33,765 bases of DNA from Leucoraja ocellata (taxonomy: Eukaryota): NCBI GenBank assembly GCA_036785375.1, contig JAWMAR010000217.1, positions 1,952,236-1,986,000 of the forward strand, read 5' to 3'. Shown in pieces: positions 22,799-33,765 of the stretch (within the stretch, counting starts at the first letter, position 1; each line of letters begins with the position of its first letter). Below the pieces are notes generated by a model. The model searched no databases, was not told the DNA's origin, and worked only from the letters and a program-made list of their open reading frames with translations. Made by a program: the position numbers and the translations under genes.

Positions 22799-25700
22799 CT
22801 GGGGAATCAGAAGGACTTGTGGGTCAGTGGAATACGCATTTTAAAACTATTTGAATATCAGAAAATCAAAACTGGAAATACTACGACACAAACAACACAG
22901 CAGAAACTATGAAAGATCAGTGAACCTTCCAGAAAGAATCTGATGTAGTTTCTAAGGTATATTGTATTGGCAACACTCATCTTATACAATTACCAGATGG
23001 ATTTTTTGAGTACTCAATTAAAGTGTAAAAGTAGAACATTAACAATAGGAGAAAAAAAAGAATGAAATCTGATCGGATAATGTTCTGAGCACATGCAGCA
23101 TTTCACTTAATGTTAATGAGTGTATCAAAGCTGCTAGGTTCTGGATTGGAAGGCATAATTTACCACATGTATTAGTTCTACTTTTAATTAACAAAAATCA
23201 ATCATGACTCAGAGAAATCTTACTAGTGGGAACAGAGACAGATGTTAAATTCATTTCATGAAATATTCTATAAATGCTTTCTAAAACTTGGTCAAATAAA
23301 AAAAAATCCAAAGATCTCAGAATTGATTCAGTAAAATTCTTTATTAGAGTAACTTTTTTAACATAACTATAACTATGACTAACATTATCAGCATACTGTA
23401 TTTAATCCTAAGTGTATAATTTACTATACAAAAATATAAGATTTACAGCTACTTACTAGCCATATATTTTAAACCATAACTAAGCTGCTTGATTTGTATA
23501 TAAGATGATAATTATGCTAAAGTTTTGTGTGCAAACATTAAGCAAGTGACTACATTACATTAATCACTTTTTTTGTCACAGTATACGTTTGTAAATACTT
23601 TCTTAAATTCTTAAAAGTCTTATTTGACTGAAGATGTTGAGACAAAATGAGAACAGTGACAGTTCAACATCTCATCTTTATTCCCTACAAAAAAAGTCAA
23701 ATAAACTGCTCGTTATTAGACAGAGGCACAGGCAAAGGAGCTTAGCTGATGCTGCCACAGAACAAAACTTAAATACAATATGTATTAATATTAGCAAACT
23801 TTTATAATGTTATTTCATCTGTATATGCCTATTGTATTCTATTCTATCTATCTGCAGGGTGCCAACGTATTATATATTTCAATGTTACCTGGTGTCACTT
23901 CGGAAAATATACCATTAAATGTCCTGTTGCACAGCACATTATACAATGCCTTTTTTAATTTTGGTTAAAAATCTATCTAATTATTAAAATATATTATGTC
24001 TCCACACAGAATCTTTTTTTCCTTAAAGACCACAGGAAAAGAAAGACAGAATAAAACATATATAAAACTAAGAGAGAATTTTAAATTATAGCCTGCAGGC
24101 ACCAAAAATATGAACCCGATCATCAATTGTACACTTGTCAGTATAATTCTAGTTGGCTTAATCACACAACAATTGCACTGTGTTCATGAAAGTAAAAGCT
24201 TTTGGTGGAAACTCACAAAATATCAAACTTCCAATCTTAGCTGTATCCAAGATAAAGAGAAGGAACTAATTATTCAAACATAGTCGACCGATCAAATAGC
24301 TCCATAAATTTGTTGTTCTTTTTGAAAAAAAAAGGACCTCACGTGAAATTCAGTCAAGTTATTTTTTTTAGTTAATGTCAAGGCATTATATAATAGCAAT
24401 AATCAATTCAGAGATATGTATTACTGATGCACAATGCAATTACTGCCACGTAATGTAACTTTTGTTAGTACATGCATACATTTCACATCAATTTATATCA
24501 TGCAACTGCATTCTGCATCATTCTAAAAATGCACACCTCTACTCATCATTTGCTGATAATGTTCACATTGTACACGACAATTCTCAGCAATTCCCACACC
24601 ATCTTCATGCAGTTAAACTGGTTTTATATCCTGTATATCCATTGATACATTTAAGAAAATTAAATATCAAAGAAAGAAAAGGATAACTATTATATGAAAA
24701 TAAATTTCTTGCTGAAGTTAAGAAATACATTACTAGCAACAGGTCAATAATTTTACTAAACTAAAATCACCAATAAAACTATTTATAATTAAAGCCAACA
24801 TATTTAAAAAAAAATAGAATATAGCTTGTATGTACGTGGTTCACTGACCTCTCACTAAACTAGAACAAACAGAAAAATATTAATTTGACATGGTTAATTT
24901 GATCTTTGAACACTTTGTTCAATTCATGCATTAGAATTTATGCCAATTTAGTCCTAATTCTTATCAGGCAGTTGCTTCATAGAAGCAACAACTATAAACC
25001 ACCTCCATGTCCAATGCTGCACCAAATCATAGTGTTCCTCCACACAAATTTGATTAATATACCAAAACTCCAATAAACAACATATTTCAGATTTTGGTGG
25101 CACGAGACTAACAGATTTTCCAGACTCAGATGCTATTCCTAAAAATACCCTAAAACACGCTTAATTTTTAGATGTTACATAAATGTATAATACATTTTCC
25201 AGCGGGCTAGGTGAGATGCAAGGCAGCACAGGAACTGGGGTCGCAATGAGATTTTAGGGAGCATGGAAACCGGAGCCCCAGCAAGTCAGGGGAGCATGGC
25301 AAACTGAACCATGTAAGCCAGGTGACAAAACAAGCATTTCAAAAAATCTGATAGTCAGAGTTCAGAGTTTCCATATATAAATCTGCTGTATTTACAATAT
25401 TGGACAGCTCCACAACATAACCAGTGCTTATTGAATATTTAACCATATAAATGTTATAGATCTACTATAAAACATTTTATGAACTGCAGCTGCTTTTTTC
25501 ATTAAAAAATTGCATTTCTTTTCCATTACACCAGTCATTATAAAATAAGCTACATTATTAACTTAATTTATTTTGAAGGCATTTTAACCAGGGATTTTCT
25601 AGCAGAAGACAAAAATTATGCTGTTAATTCCAATGGATGAATGGTTTAATAATGTTTTTTCTTCATTTTACAGGTCTCCCTGCAGTCAAATGACTAACAG

Positions 25701-27249
25701 AAAATATGTATGCATAAAAATCAGATTCAAAAACACGTAACATTCAGTAACTAAACTGCTTAATCTTAGTTCATTTCTCAGTTCAGTAAATGTAAATTGA
25801 ACATTACATACAGCTATCCACAATTACAACGTATTTTATTCTATAATACATAAAATTACTGTTAAATGTAATAAAAATAATAGAAACTAATAAATCCAGT
25901 TAATAAGAAAGGATTATACGCATAAAAACGCTTTAGAGTGGAGCCTTTCCCCCACATAAGCACATGTAATGGCTCAATGATAGATATGCTTGTACAAACT
26001 TAATCTGAATGTGTTTGTTTTAAACACTGCATTTTCACACTGCAGTGACTGACAATCTTACAACTAGGTTCATCTAACCATAGGTAAGGCAACATTGTAC
26101 ATCTAATACTGGAATGGTCAAGAAGTTCACTTGAATTTTGATGAGTGCACATTATTTGCATTTCAAAGTCATATGTGGTTCCCATTTATAAACAAACTGT
26201 TACCTCTATAATATTAGATGTTATCCTTGAATGGAATTTACTTTTACCTGGAATGGTGGTAATTTTATCTTTCCCTCAACAGTATATTGTTCAAGCTGAT
26301 ATATTTAGAGCTGTAGCAAACACAGACGCTCACTATTTTAAATGTTAACTGCCATCTTCATTTTCAACTTGTAACGCAAAGTGAAATGACAAATTATTCA
26401 CACAAATATATTAAAAGGAAATAGGCCAAAACATACAATGACCCTGATCCCAATTTTCCCATTCAATGGAACAAATGTCAAAAATTATCAAAAATCTGAA
26501 AGTCTTGAAAACTTGGAACAAGGGCTTAATTTTTTTCAAAAATCCAGATACTTGCCCAGAGTGCCTAACTTAGTACTTAACATTATATGACAAACAGAAT
26601 GGTCTGTTGTGACCTTGTGCAACATTTTGATAAAGCATTATACAATTAAATACACAAACGGTGATAGTCCATTTTTTGGAGGTGGCAGAACCAAAGCAGC
26701 AACACTTCCAGTGCACAGCTACATTGTAATAATGACAGCCTTCAGAAACCTGAGCAAACTACAGTAAATAATCACTCTGGCAGCTTTCATTATTTAGATG
26801 AACAACAATTATAACAACCAGATATCCCTAGAAAATACGAGAACTAATGGAATTTAATTGGCCTGCAAGGGAAATGGTCTCCACAACAACCCTAGTTGTG
26901 CTAAAATAAGGTAGTAACTACATGACATGTAACTGAAAATTTCAACTTAAGTGTATTAAATGAAAGTTATCCCTCTAAGCTCAGGTGTGTATTTATGATA
27001 ACACAAAGTTATATAAAAGTAATTTTTAAAATATATACACTATTTTAATAAAATGTTTCAGGTACTAAGCATTGTATCCAGTATTACACTGAAGTAAAAT
27101 GTCAGTTAAGATTATCGAGGAGCAACAGAAAACCAAAGATATATAAAATTTAGTTGCTGGTTCATATGAATGAACTTAGAGGGTTAACACAATGTAATTC
27201 CTTTTTAAGTTATTTTACTTAGCAACAAGTGTTTTTTTAGATGCTCCAC

Positions 27250-27367
27250 CTTCCACTTTGTTCTCCAGATGTTTATCCAACTCAGCTTCTCTTTTCACTG
27301 CTTCTGGCGACACCTTTGGTGCATTTGGAAAGCAAATCAATACGACACTCATGTTGTCCCGACTCCC
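27250..27367 (-). CDS. PPM1A: PPM1A (protein phosphatase 1A / PP2C-alpha) coding exon, end of catalytic domain and start of C-terminal domain
   Basis: Reverse complement: cag|GGG AGT CGG GAC AAC ATG...GTG GAA G|gtggag. Translates [39 protein letters not shown], with the PP2C GSxDN metal-binding motif. 118 nt, phase-1 donor. Confidence 0.96.
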
Positions 27368-27524
27368 CTGTTTTGAAGGGTGAAGAAAATAATCTCATTT
27401 AAATAAGCAAAATAGTTATTAAATCCTTTCGTAAAGGTAATTTTAGAAGAGAACACAGTAAATATGTACCATTATTAATTTTTCCAGTAATTTTAAAAGA
27501 AAACACATTAAATGTACAGCTGCA

Positions 27525-28630
27525 AAATAATGAAGAATGTTATCAAGAATTGCAGGGGGATCTTGATCAGCTGGGTAATGGCCGAGGAATTGTAAATTAA
27601 GTTTGTTTCAGATAGGTGCAAGTTGTGAAAAATGTTCCCGATGTTGGTGCAGTCCAGAACCAGGGGTCACAGTTTAAAAATAAGGGGTCAGCCATTTGGG
27701 ACTGAGATGAGGAGAAACATTTTCACCCAGAGAGTTCTGTGAATCTGTGGAATTCTCTACCACAGAAGGAAGTGGAGGCCAATTCGCCGGATGTTTTCAA
27801 GAGAGAGTTAGATTTAGCTCTTCGGGCTAAAGGAATCAAGAAATATGGGGGGAAAATCAGGAAGGAGATACTGATTTTAGATGATCAGCCATGATCATAA
27901 TGAATGGCTGTACAGGCTCAAAGGACCGAATGACCTACCTCCTGAACCTATTTTTCTATGTTGGGTTATTAGGATGCATTTTTGGGATGTCAAACCAATG
28001 TAGGACTTTCACAGTGAACAATAGGGTCAGTGGAAGTGTTGTAGGAGTGGACAGGGTGGTGAAGGCCGTTTTTTTCATGCTGGCTTTCATTTGTTAGGGC
28101 ACAGAGTTTAGACGTTGGGATGGTATGTTATACAAGACGTTGGTGAACATTATATGCAGTTTTAGTCACCCTCTTGTAGGAAATATGCCATTCAGCTAGA
28201 AAAAGTGTAGAAACGATTTATGGCAATGTTGTCAGGACTCGAGAGACTGAGTTATAGGACGAGGTTGGGAAGGTTAGGATCTTACTTCTTGGAACGAAGG
28301 AGTGACCATATAGAGTTGTACAAGGTTATGACGGTATAGATAGGGTGAATGTACACTGTTTTTTTCCCCACAGAGTTTGGGGAAATTAAGAATTAGAGGG
28401 CATAAGTTTAAACTGAGATGGAGCAATTTTTTCACAGAGAATAATGAGTAAATGGAACAAGTTGCTAGAGGCAGTGGTTGAAGCAGGTACTAAAACAACA
28501 TTTAAAAGATATTTAGATAGGTAAATGGGTAGGAAAGTTTTAGCGGGATCATGGATATGGGATAGAGGCAAACAAAGGCATCATTGAACCGAAGGGCCTG
28601 TTTCCATGTTAAATGAATCTATGATGTGAT
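27525..28630 (+). mobile_element. Two or more adjacent CR1 fragments
   Basis: LQGDLDQLG remnant, SRTRGHSLKIRG, WNSLPQ and tail at about 27880-27960; an older copy at 27965-28630. Confidence 0.8.
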
Positions 28631-29387
28631 GGCATGGAGGGTATTTTCTGCTCAGTTGACTAAACAAAATTTTAAAATTCATTTTGAGAACCAGTTTGGA
28701 AACTCAACCAAGGAGAGCCCCGCTGAAAAGGTTTTTCCACATTTAATAAACTTTTAAGTTCTGTTTCATTTAAACATTTTAAACTAGGATCTGGGAATTT
28801 ATAACAGCAAATGTCATTAAGAAATGTGCATATAGTATAGGAATAGATGGCTGCCAATTTGCCAAGAACCTTTCGATTATTTTTAGTAAGAAAAAATGTT
28901 TAAAATAATTATTTGATATCAACATAAATGACAGCCCCATTGCATAAAAAGCTTGAAATATACTGGGTCAGTACTTCCTCTGACCTCCAAAAATATTTCT
29001 GGCTGTGTGCCACTGGACCATAGTACTCGTTCCAGTAAGGCCTCAGATGCAGACTTCCACTGGAAGCTCATTTGTAACACGTTGTGTGACTGAGTACAGT
29101 ATTGAGGTTGCCTTAAAGCAGACAGCTTGACATTCACAAGCATTCATTATGTTCAAGCTGTGCTTTTAGTGGCTTTTGGATGCTGTCGCTGCTGGCTTAG
29201 AGCAGAGCCTCCATGATCCGAGTTGAATTCTGGGATTATGTTTTGGCATGATTTCAGAAGATCTGCGCCATTGTAATCAAGGAAGCAACCAGTATTTGCC
29301 AAGTAAAACAAACTTATTTTTTCCCACATATCAGCAAATCTAAATATTTGGCAGCTGGCTGAACGAATTAATATTTTAAGCTATGGG

Positions 29388-29554
29388 TAGAAACAAGGAA
29401 CTACAAACGCTGGTTACTACACAAAAGGACACAAAGTGCTGGAGTAACTCAGCAGATCAGGCAGCAACTCTGGAGAACATGGATAGGTTGCCAATCCATG
29501 TTCTCCAGAGATGCTGCCTGACCTGCTGAGTTACTCCAGCACTTTGTGTCCTTC
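29388..29554 (-). mobile_element. 167-bp Penelope-terminus fold-back with 11-bp TSD
   Basis: taagctatggg at 29377-29387 and 29555-29565. Arms 29425-29484 and 29494-29553, 58/60 complementary. Confidence 0.9.
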
Positions 29555-29619
29555 TAAGCTATGGGAATGGGACGGAGAAGTGTTGTGGCTTTGGAAATAC
29601 CACTTCACCAAATGAAGTA

Positions 29620-30192
29620 TAGCAGTCAAGCACAAGGCCATAAGCAAACTGGAAGAACAGCAGCTCGTATTCAACTTGGGTAGCCTTCAAAACCACAAAA
29701 TATTGAATGTTCTCACCACCCTCTCATCTACGTAGGTCCTCCCGTGCACATCTTTCTTTCCATTCCCCCAGCCTTCCATCACCCAGTTCCTTTCCCCTCC
29801 TCCACCTCCACTTTCTGTGCATCACCCACTTCCTACTCCCTCCACGTTCCCTATACCCTGCATCCCTCCATCTCGTTCTACATTTCACATTCCTTTTTCA
29901 GATTCCACTATCTGCAGCCCATTATCTGTTTCACTTACCACGTCAGCCTTTATGACAACCTCCATCCTTCTCACCCCCACTTTGCTCACCTGCCAATCTT
30001 ACCAGAATCGACACATCATATGCCAGCTCTTGCACTACCCCATGCCTGCCACTCACCACTTTCTACCAGGTACCTACCCTTTAATCCAGTCTTGAAAACA
30101 GGTCACAACCCAAAATGACATCTGTCCATTTCCTTCTATAGATATTGCCCGACCTGCTGAGTTCCCACAAGATTCCAGTATTTGCAGTCTCT
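29620..30192 (+). mobile_element. Decayed Penelope-like 3' end
   Basis: KLEEQQLVFNLGSLQ at about 29646-29690, pyrimidine-rich UTR, then degenerate hammerhead and tail at about 30085-30190. Confidence 0.7.
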
Positions 30193-31025
30193 TATGTCAC
30201 AATCACCTGTTACTTGGTCAAATACTTAAGAGCAGTAGAGTGTGACCTCGGTCAAGTCTCCAAAATACCTCAAGAGCTTTGTGGTCTAGTCCACTTCATA
30301 ATTAAAGCTGTTGCTGAAATGCTTGTTAACAAATCAAGAATCTGTTCAGAATCTTTAAAATGTAGCATTACTTTCCACTCGTAAAATGCCAATTTAATCT
30401 AATTCCGATTTCAAGAATACAAATGATCCGATATTTGCTTTTCAGCATGATCAAAGCACAGCAGAGAACAACCTTCTCAAAGTCCAGCATGTAGTGTGTG
30501 AAATAGCCTTGGCAAATATTCTAAAGTCAATGCACATGTTTATCTTTACTTCATAAATTTGTTCTGCTATTAGACAACCTCCTCAAATTCAAAATTTGGT
30601 TTCTGATCAGTGATTACACAGAATGTCATATTCCAATTTGCCTTCCATTTTACACTTATAATCAAGTATCATAATTTGCTACACTATAAGAACATTCCAG
30701 CATAGGTAGCCTTGGCTGATTCAGCCAAAGTTCCTATACCTTGTACAAGGATCTTTTATGGAAGAATTCCTTTTTAAGAGCTTTCAGAATCCTAATTTTT
30801 CAATTGAAAAGGATGACATTTCCCCATAATTAATGTCATTTAGTTGTCCAAAACTCTTCATGCTACCAGAAAAGTAGGTCCATGTGATCAATGTACGGCA
30901 ACTTCCAGGATTTTAATTATAAACTTCAAACTGTGTCACTTTTTTGCATTTGCTGATTTTAGGAAGAAACGTGGCCTCATCTTGATGCTACTCAACCAGC
31001 ACATGAAGTAACTGCAATTATGTGC

Positions 31026-31225
31026 NNNNNNNNNNNNNNNNNNNNNNNNNNNNNNNNNNNNNNNNNNNNNNNNNNNNNNNNNNNNNNNNNNNNNNNNNNN
31101 NNNNNNNNNNNNNNNNNNNNNNNNNNNNNNNNNNNNNNNNNNNNNNNNNNNNNNNNNNNNNNNNNNNNNNNNNNNNNNNNNNNNNNNNNNNNNNNNNNNN
31201 NNNNNNNNNNNNNNNNNNNNNNNNN
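31026..31225. other. Assembly gap (200 N)
   Basis: Run of exactly 200 N; probably a nominal scaffold-join size. Confidence 0.99.
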
Positions 31226-31408
31226 GTGAGAAAGGGGTGTAAACATTGAGTGCAGGAGACTCCGGTGGCTGTGCCTAATGAAAACAAGTACGCCCTCTTG
31301 GGAGATGACGGGGCAGATGATGCTTCCAGTCTGAGCAACGGACAGGTCAGTGGCTCCAATCCTAGCGATGAGACTTGACTGGCGAGACCGACGTCGGGCA
31401 GATCCATA

Positions 31409-31909
31409 GTGGTGGGTGACTCCATTGTCCGAGGATCGGACAGGAGATTCTGTGGTGGCAGGCAAGACTATGTGGTGGTCTGTTGCCTCCCTGGTGCCAA
31501 GGTTCAAGATGTCACGGTCCAACTTCACAACATCCTCGAGAGGGAAGGTGAACAGCCAGAAGTAGTTGTGCATGTGGTCAAAAACAACATCAGGAAGAAG
31601 AAGAAGGAGGTTCTGCAACGTGAGATTAGAGAGTTAGGAATAAGACTGAAAAGCAGGACTCCTAGGGTGGTTATCTCTGGATTGCTTCCTGTACCTCGTG
31701 CTGGTGAGGGCAGGAACAGGGAGATAGGGGATCTGAATATGTGGCTGGGGGGCTGGTGCAGGGAGCCGGGATTTAGATTTATAGACCACTGGGATCTCTT
31801 CTCGGGCAGAGGTAACCAGTACAAAAGGGACAGGTTACACCTTAACTGGAGGGGGACCAACGTTCTGGCAGGCAGGTTTGCCCGTGCTACATGTGTGCAT
31901 ATAAACTAA
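31409..31909 (+). pseudogene. CR1 ORF1 SGNH/GDSL esterase domain
   Basis: VGDSIVR (block I), CCLPGAKV (II), VVHVVKNN (III, G lost), DRLHLN (V); lies directly upstream of the CR1 ORF2. Confidence 0.85.
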
Positions 31910-32148
31910 ATAGGGTCTGACAAATTGGGAGTATAAAAATGGCGTTAAAGGGGAAGTGAGTACAGGAAAAGTTACAAAAGACTCCTGAATTAATGGGAAG
32001 GAAAGTTCGAGAAGCGATAAGAGAGTAAGATCAGGGCCAATAGTGTGAGAGGGGAGGTGAATACCGAAGTCAAAGTGTTGTATGTGAATATGCAAAGTAT
32101 AAGAAATAAAGTGGATGAGCTTGAGGCTCAGTTAGAAATTGGCAAGTA

Positions 32149-32967
32149 AAATCAGATTAGATTAGATTAGATTTGTTCATTGTCATTCAGACCTTTCGGT
32201 CTGAACAAAATTTTGTTTCCCTGCAGTCACACATATAATAAATAATGACAAAAACACCCAATCAACACAAATTTAACATCCACCACAGTGAGTTCACCAA
32301 ACACATCCTCACTGTGGTGGAAGGCAAAATCTTAAAGTCTCTGTCTCTTCCCTCTTTGTTCGTCCTCTGCGCTGAGGCGATCCAGGCTCCAGATGTTGTG
32401 ACCCCACCGGGTGATGGTAAATCCCGCGGCTCAACCGTAATCCGCCACAGCTTCGGGGCCGAGTCGGGTCTCCGCTGCTGCTGCCTCCGTTACAGCTTCG
32501 GGGCCGAGTCGGGTCTCCGCTGCTGCTGCCGCTGCCACCGCCGCCACAGTTCCGGGGCCGAGTCAGGTCTTCGCTGCCTCCGCTACAGCTCCAGGGCCGA
32601 GTCGGGTCTCCGCTGCCACCGCCGCCACAGCTCCGGGGCCAAGTCGGGTCTCCGCTGCTGCTGCCGCTACAGCTCCAGGGCCGAGTCGGGTCTCTGCTGC
32701 CGCCGCTATCACATCTCCGAGGCCGCCAGCTCCGCCATTAGGCCTCGGCGCAGACGGAGACGGGGACGGGGAATACGACAGAAAAAAAGTCGCATCCCCT
32801 GAAGGAAGAGACCAAAACATGTTTCTCCCACCCCACCCACACACATACACAACTTAATAAAACAAAATTAACTAAAACATGACAAAGGAACAAAAAGAAA
32901 GAAAAAAAAACAGACTGCAGGTGGGCCACAGCTGTTAAGCCAGCGCCGCCATCTTAGCCTTCTGCAG
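32149..32967 (-). mobile_element. Unclassified non-autonomous retroelement inserted in CR1 ORF2
   Basis: Splits ...GGC AAG TA / GAT GTT GTG. The minus strand starts near AAGATGGCGGCGC and ends in a stem-loop plus (TCTAA)n tail. Confidence 0.75.
32443..32710. repeat. GC-rich minisatellite, 6 units
   Basis: Core cagctycrgggccgagtcgggtctccgctgc; spacings 45, 54, 39, 42 and 42 bp. Confidence 0.93.
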
Positions 32968-33765
32968 GATGTTGTGGGAATTACAGAATTACAGAGACAT
33001 GGCTGCAAGAGGACCAGGGCTGGGAACTGAATATTTAGGGGTATACATCCTATCGAAAAGAGACACAGGTGGGCAGAGGGGATGGAGTAGCTCTGCTGGT
33101 AAGGAATGAAATTCAGTCCCTTGCGAGGGGTGACATAGAATCAGGAGATATAGAGTCAGTATGGATAGAACTGAGGAATTGTAAGGGTAAAAATATCCTA
33201 ATGGGAGTTATCTGCAGGCCCCAAACAGAAGCCTGGATATAGGGTGTAAGTTGAATCGAGAGTTAAAATTGGCATGTCGCAAAGGTGGCTCTGGGAGATT
33301 TCAACATGGAGGTGTATGGGAAAAATCAGGTTGGTAATGGACTCCAAGAAAGGGTGTTTGTCGAGTGCCTCCAAGATGGATTCTTAGAGCAGCTTGTACT
33401 GGAACCTACCATGGAGAAGGCAATTCTGGATTTAGTGTTGTGTAATGAACCGGATTTGATAAGGGAACTCAAGGGAAAGGAGCCATTAGGAGGTAGTGAC
33501 CATATTATGATGTTTTAATTTACAATTTGAGAGGGAGAAGGGAAAACCGGAAGCGTCAGTATTACAGTTGAGCAAACAGGACTATGGAGGCATGAGGGAG
33601 GAGCTGGCCAAAGTTTACTGGAAAGAGACCCTAGAAGGGATGCCAGGTATTTCTGGGAATAATACAGAAGGTGCAGGATCAATTCATTCCAAAGAGGAAG
33701 AAAGATTCTAAGAGGCGACCGTGGCTGACAAGGAAAGTCAAGGACAACATAAAAATGAAAGAGAA

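Larger units (their letters stand above)
31226..33765 (+). mobile_element. CR1 LINE 5' part: ORF1 (esterase) and disrupted ORF2 endonuclease
   Basis: ORF2 KVLYVNMQSIRNKVDELEAQLEIGK (about 32072-32146) resumes at 32968 with DVVGITE..., GVALLV, GDFN, LDLVL, GSDH (APE motifs), with stops and frameshifts. Confidence 0.92.

Noticed and set aside
26000-26210. 61-aa minus-strand ORF as an alternative exon
   Set aside because: Nearby AG acceptors spliced to the phase-1 donor hit TAA within a few codons; no homology recognised.
27250-27367. Assignment to PPM1B or PPM1N
   Set aside because: GGELASK and the terminal DDMW fit PPM1A better, although the catalytic exon and synteny are not visible.
28900-29260. 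Possible ancient L1/Tx1 or other TE relic
   Set aside because: Composition hints at decayed coding sequence but no motif could be supported.
30380-30960. Possible integrase/transposase relic (HID-like motifs on minus)
   Set aside because: Motifs too short and broken to call without a profile search.
30992-31618. Long ORFs crossing the N run
   Set aside because: Artefacts of translating the 200-N gap and the antisense of CR1 ORF1.
31409-31909. Cellular or horizontally acquired GDSL lipase gene
   Set aside because: Position upstream of an APE-type ORF2 identifies it as the known esterase domain of CR1 ORF1.
32443-32710. CRISPR-like repeat/spacer appearance
   Set aside because: The between-core segments are short related GCN-triplet runs rather than unique spacers; eukaryotic context with no cas genes.
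32245-32802. 185-aa Cys/Arg-rich protein gene
   Set aside because: Open frame arises from a GC-rich triplet minisatellite, antisense to the inserted element; no gene context.

Overview
Eukaryotic, AT-rich vertebrate DNA. The repeat content (CR1/HER-type LINEs, Penelope-like elements, Deu- and V-SINE relics) suggests a cartilaginous fish, probably a skate or ray (inference). The window holds the 3' part of a PPM1A (PP2C-alpha) gene on the minus strand: four coding exons at 27367-27250, 22798-22687, 14884-14830 and 10147-10118, all with GT-AG borders and in phase, ending ...EPSFPDDMW*. The large catalytic exon is not seen and presumably lies beyond the right end, past a 200-N gap. The rest is intron, 3' flank and transposon relics. 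Most notable: (i) short Penelope-derived insertions carrying a minimal type I hammerhead-ribozyme motif, several as long fold-back hairpins with clean target-site duplications, one of which folds back at the predicted cleavage site; (ii) a short read-through frame past the weak donor at 27249 that resembles the human PP2C-alpha-2 isoform, followed by about 6 kb with no recognisable transposon; (iii) an unclassified non-autonomous retroelement with stem-loops (one covarying with a distant copy) and a frame-preserving tandem array, inserted into a CR1 ORF2. Most ORF-track entries are spurious or transposon fragments. Repeat boundaries are approximate unless a TSD or TIR is given.
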